NCBI RefSeq assembly: GCF_006345805.1
Contig: NC_043000.1
Span: 160,642,001-160,706,000, forward strand
From: Octopus sinensis
Lineage: Eukaryota
Length of the DNA: 64,000 bases
Direction of reading: 5' to 3'
The notes under the pieces were generated by a model. It ran no database searches, was not told the origin of the DNA, and saw nothing but the letters and a program-made list of their open reading frames with translations. Of the stretch, positions 59,832-64,000 are shown piece by piece (the first letter of the stretch is position 1; each line of letters starts with the position of its first letter). The position numbers were made by a program, and so were the translations under genes.

Positions 59832-61094
59832 TAGGGGTTGGACAAACTAATGGTAACATCTAGTATCATAGCTTCGTAATTTTGAAATATCTATAAAACC
59901 GTCAAAAGCTTGTTTATTTTTATGTTTTTTTATTTATTTATTATTAGTTTTCCTTTATTTCTTTTGCTAAAATAGCCGTTTCTTTTCAGATATCATCTGA
60001 GAAAGGTAATTGAAATTCATTAAAATGACAGATCTATCAGACTTTCGCAGAGGTCAAATGGTTGGTATTCGTATGGTAGGCGATAGCGTAACGAAAACAG
60101 CCGAAATGTTTGGTATATCAAGAAGTACTGTCTAGAAAGTAATGACAGCCTTTAAGAAAGAGGGAAAAACCTTCTCGTTGAAACAAAATTCCTGAATAAA
60201 ACTAATACTTTCAGATATGGACCGGAGAACTCTTATGCGAGTTGTTAGAAAGGATCACAAAAGTACAGCTCCCTAAATTACTGCAGAGCTTAATGACCAC
60301 CTCGAGAACCCAGTTTCCACAAAAACTGTTCGGAGCTGCACAACGCCGGATTTCATGGGAGGGCTGTAATCAGAAAACCACAAATTTCAAAAACAAGCCT
60401 TGCAAAGCGTTTAAAGTGAAGTAAAAACCTACAGAATTGGTCCCTAGAGAAGTGGAAGAATGTTATGTTCTCAGACGAGACATCCATTACTTTATTTCCG
60501 ACCACCGGCTGAGTATACGTGTGGAGACAGAGAAAAGAAGCATTCGAACCAGACTGCCTTCTTCCAACTGTTAAACATGGAGGAGCATCTGTGATGATCT
60601 GGGGGCGGCAATATCTAGGAAATCCACCAGCTCAATGGTTTTCTTTCATGGCAGATTTAATAGTTAAGACTATTTAAGTATCTTATTTGATCAAATTCAT
60701 CCTACGGTTGCGGAACTATTGTCCGGAGGGAAACGCAATCTTTCAGGATGATAGTGCACCAATTCACACAGCTAAAGTTGTTACTGAATGACACGAGGAA
60801 TATTCTAGTGAAGGTGAACATCTTATCTCCAGATTTCTATATTATTGAACATTTATGGTGCATTTTAAAAAAGCAAGTAAGGAGTCGATATCCTTCACCA
60901 TCATCACTACAGGAACTGGAGACTGTTTTAGCTGAAGAATAGATAAAAATTCCTTTGGAAATAATTCAAACTTTGTACGAGTCCATACCACGCAGAATTC
61001 ATGCTGTAATTACTGCCAAAAGGTAGTCCTACCCCATAATAAAATAAATTTGTTTATAATTTTCAGGTGTTTCCATTATTTTGTCCAACCCCTG
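59832..61094 (+). mobile_element. Full-length Tc1-family DNA transposon, decayed
   Basis: TIRs TAGGGGTTGGACAAACTAATGGTAACATCT and AGGTGTTTCCATTATTTTGTCCAACCCCTG, TA on both sides; ATG at 60025 MTDLSDFRRGQMVG..., MFSDET, TVKHGGASVMIWG, FQDDSAPIH, SPD..IIEHLW; multiple stops. Confidence 0.95.
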
Positions 61095-61687
61095 TATATA
61101 CAAACAGGGTGCAATGGGTACAAAGAAAGGAAAAGCGTAACCGCATTGTGTCGCTGCGTCTACAAGCAAAAAGTCGCGCATTATGCGCATGAGAAATACG
61201 CGTTTGTGCACACATACATATATACGTAAATAATTTATTGTCGGTTTTATAGTTTATTCATGCGATTTACGTTACTGTCTAGTCTGTGAGCAAGGTATGA
61301 CTAATGAATAGCTCTCATACTCTATCGTTTTAATTTCAAACTTTTTGTATAGCATTGAGGAAAATATATATTGTTTCGTATATGTGGCTTACACACTTCT
61401 ATTTCATAATAGCAATGTTGCAAGATTATCTTCATAAATAATCTCCAATAAACCTTTGTCTGTCTTAAACTAATAAAATTATAGAAGCTTTTCTAGCGAC
61501 TGGATATTTGAGCGACAGGGCTTGAATACCGATTGAACGTTGAAATGTCAATTATGAATAACATTCAGCTCTACACAAACAGACAGGCACACCCAAGTAC
61601 AAACACGCATATATAATGCATGTATACATACATACATACGTACATACATACACATATGTGTGTTCATGCATATTTGTGTATTTATAA

Positions 61688-62150
<463 letters not shown>

Positions 62151-62539
62151 TATGGATATAAAGGAGTGGATTTTAAGTTCTCTTTGTCATTTACAAACTA
62201 GTGGTTAAGAAGGAGAAAGACTATCTCCCGACCTGAGACCTAGACAATAGACTTGCTACCACGAGGAATTGGTTAAAGGTCCAGAAAGACCAGAATGAGG
62301 TTTTAGTTCGGCGTATTAAGTTTCTCGCTCAACAGAATTCGGAAAGAGAACGCGATGAAATTGAAAGACTATCGCCCTTACGTCTACCTATGCTCTCCTT
62401 TAAAATGTCCACCAAGTATTCTTCATTTGTTGACCCTAGAACGAAGACATCCAAAGCTAACTTTAATGTGATTTGAACTCAGACGAGCTAACGATTTGTC
62501 GATTCGACACCAGTACACACGTACATAATTATGTCGGTT

Positions 62540-62748
62540 TCAAATTTTGTCACAAAGCAGACAAATTGAAGAGTGGAGTAAATCGAATATATCGATCTTG
62601 AAACTCAACTGGTAGATATTTTATCGGCCCTAAGATGATAAAAGACAAAGTCGATCGTGGCAGGATTTGAACTCAGAACGTAAAGATGGACGAAGTGTCT
62701 CTAAACATTTTATTCGACATAGTAACGCTTCGTCTAACTCACTGCCTT
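62540..62748 (-). mobile_element. SINE family C, old diverged copy
   Basis: GACAAAGTCGA..GTGGCAGGATTTGAACTCAGAACGTA is the reverse complement of the family C core. Confidence 0.7.
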
Positions 62749-62964
62749 TGTACATGTTTATATTCACACTTAGCTATATAGATACGTACAAGTTTATATG
62801 CATACATACATATATGCATATATGCATATATGTATGTTTGCATGTATTTACTTGTGTATATGTACACCAGCGTATGTATGCATGTATATAGCATGCACAT
62901 ATTCTGTATCTTTGTCATGGTTCTATAGAAAATACGTTTGTATCTATGCATAAAAGCGTAGGTG

Positions 62965-63066
<102 letters not shown>

Positions 63067-63805
63067 TGTGGTATGCATATTTCCAGCCATAACTATTCAT
63101 CTAACACTCACTTGTGTGTGCGTGTATGTGTGTATGAGTGTGTGTACGAACGTGCGAATCGCCAAAATATTAATACATGTATTCCAAAACTTGTACACAT
63201 GTATGTATACGCAGCATGTAATGTAACTTAATAACTGTCAATATGGTATATCTTTTCATCAAATACCATATAAATATTAATCCCAATTTTATGTATTTTC
63301 TAAAGTTAAATTTTAATACATATATAATTACTATTAATTCCTGGGAATCTGTATTGAAATGAGATTTATGAGAAAATATCTTCAAGGCAATTCTGTCAGT
63401 GCTGCTGGCCATATATTGTAGCGTGTACTTCACGTTAGAATATTGTAGAACCATTTCAAATGGTTCTTTATTTAAGGCTTTACTGAATAGAAACGCTTAG
63501 ATTTCATTGTTTTAGATTACTTGCCTTGCACCATAATATATCTATGAAGATACGTGGCTCCCCTTTGGGTATCTATATACTCATATACACGCACAAACAG
63601 ACACGCGCGCACGAGCCTTCACGAGCACACACACATAGACACACATACACACACATACACACATAAGCAGAAAGAAGTTATGTTCTCTTGAAGCACATCT
63701 GCACGTTTCGGTAATAGATGCTATATTTTACATAAGCTTCATACTATAGGAAAGTTTCGGCAGAATTATAGTAATGCATTCATAAAAGATTACACTCATA
63801 TATAT

Positions 63806-63851
<46 letters not shown>

Positions 63852-64000
63852 TAAATACAGTATACATTTAAACATATAAAAGAAATCCCTCATAGGACTC
63901 CTGCACGCTAGAAGGACAGTTAAATTACATACGACTATTAGGATAAAATTTCGAAAGGAATGAAAAATAAAAAACATTTACCATCGAACTCCTGGTTTCA

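Overview
AT-rich, microsatellite-saturated animal DNA. The SINE families and overall composition look like an octopus/coleoid cephalopod genome (inference from sequence style, no search run). I can support no intact host protein-coding gene; most long ORFs in the track are translated microsatellites. The recognisable content is mobile DNA: a near-intact 1291-bp mariner (2189-3479) and a full-length decayed Tc1 (59832-61094), both with TIRs and TA duplications; older mariner remnants; five or six R4/Dong-clade (RT + RLE) LINE pieces, the well-flanked ones sitting in (TAA)n tracts; a decayed L1/Tx1-like LINE; CR1-like and RTE fragments; about 20 tRNA-derived SINE copies from at least four families; and several Penelope-like terminal-repeat fragments carrying hammerhead ribozyme (HHR) motifs. 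The most unusual signal is a repeat present three times (about 11.47, 15.06 and 16.40 kb). In it the three hammerhead core strands (GUH, GAAA, CUGANGA) occur in an order that is not a circular permutation of the canonical ribozyme, yet their flanks pair in exact register, with compensatory changes between copies. A 1.32-kb tandem duplication at 56.8-59.4 kb differs almost only by 1-2 base indels and may be an assembly artefact.
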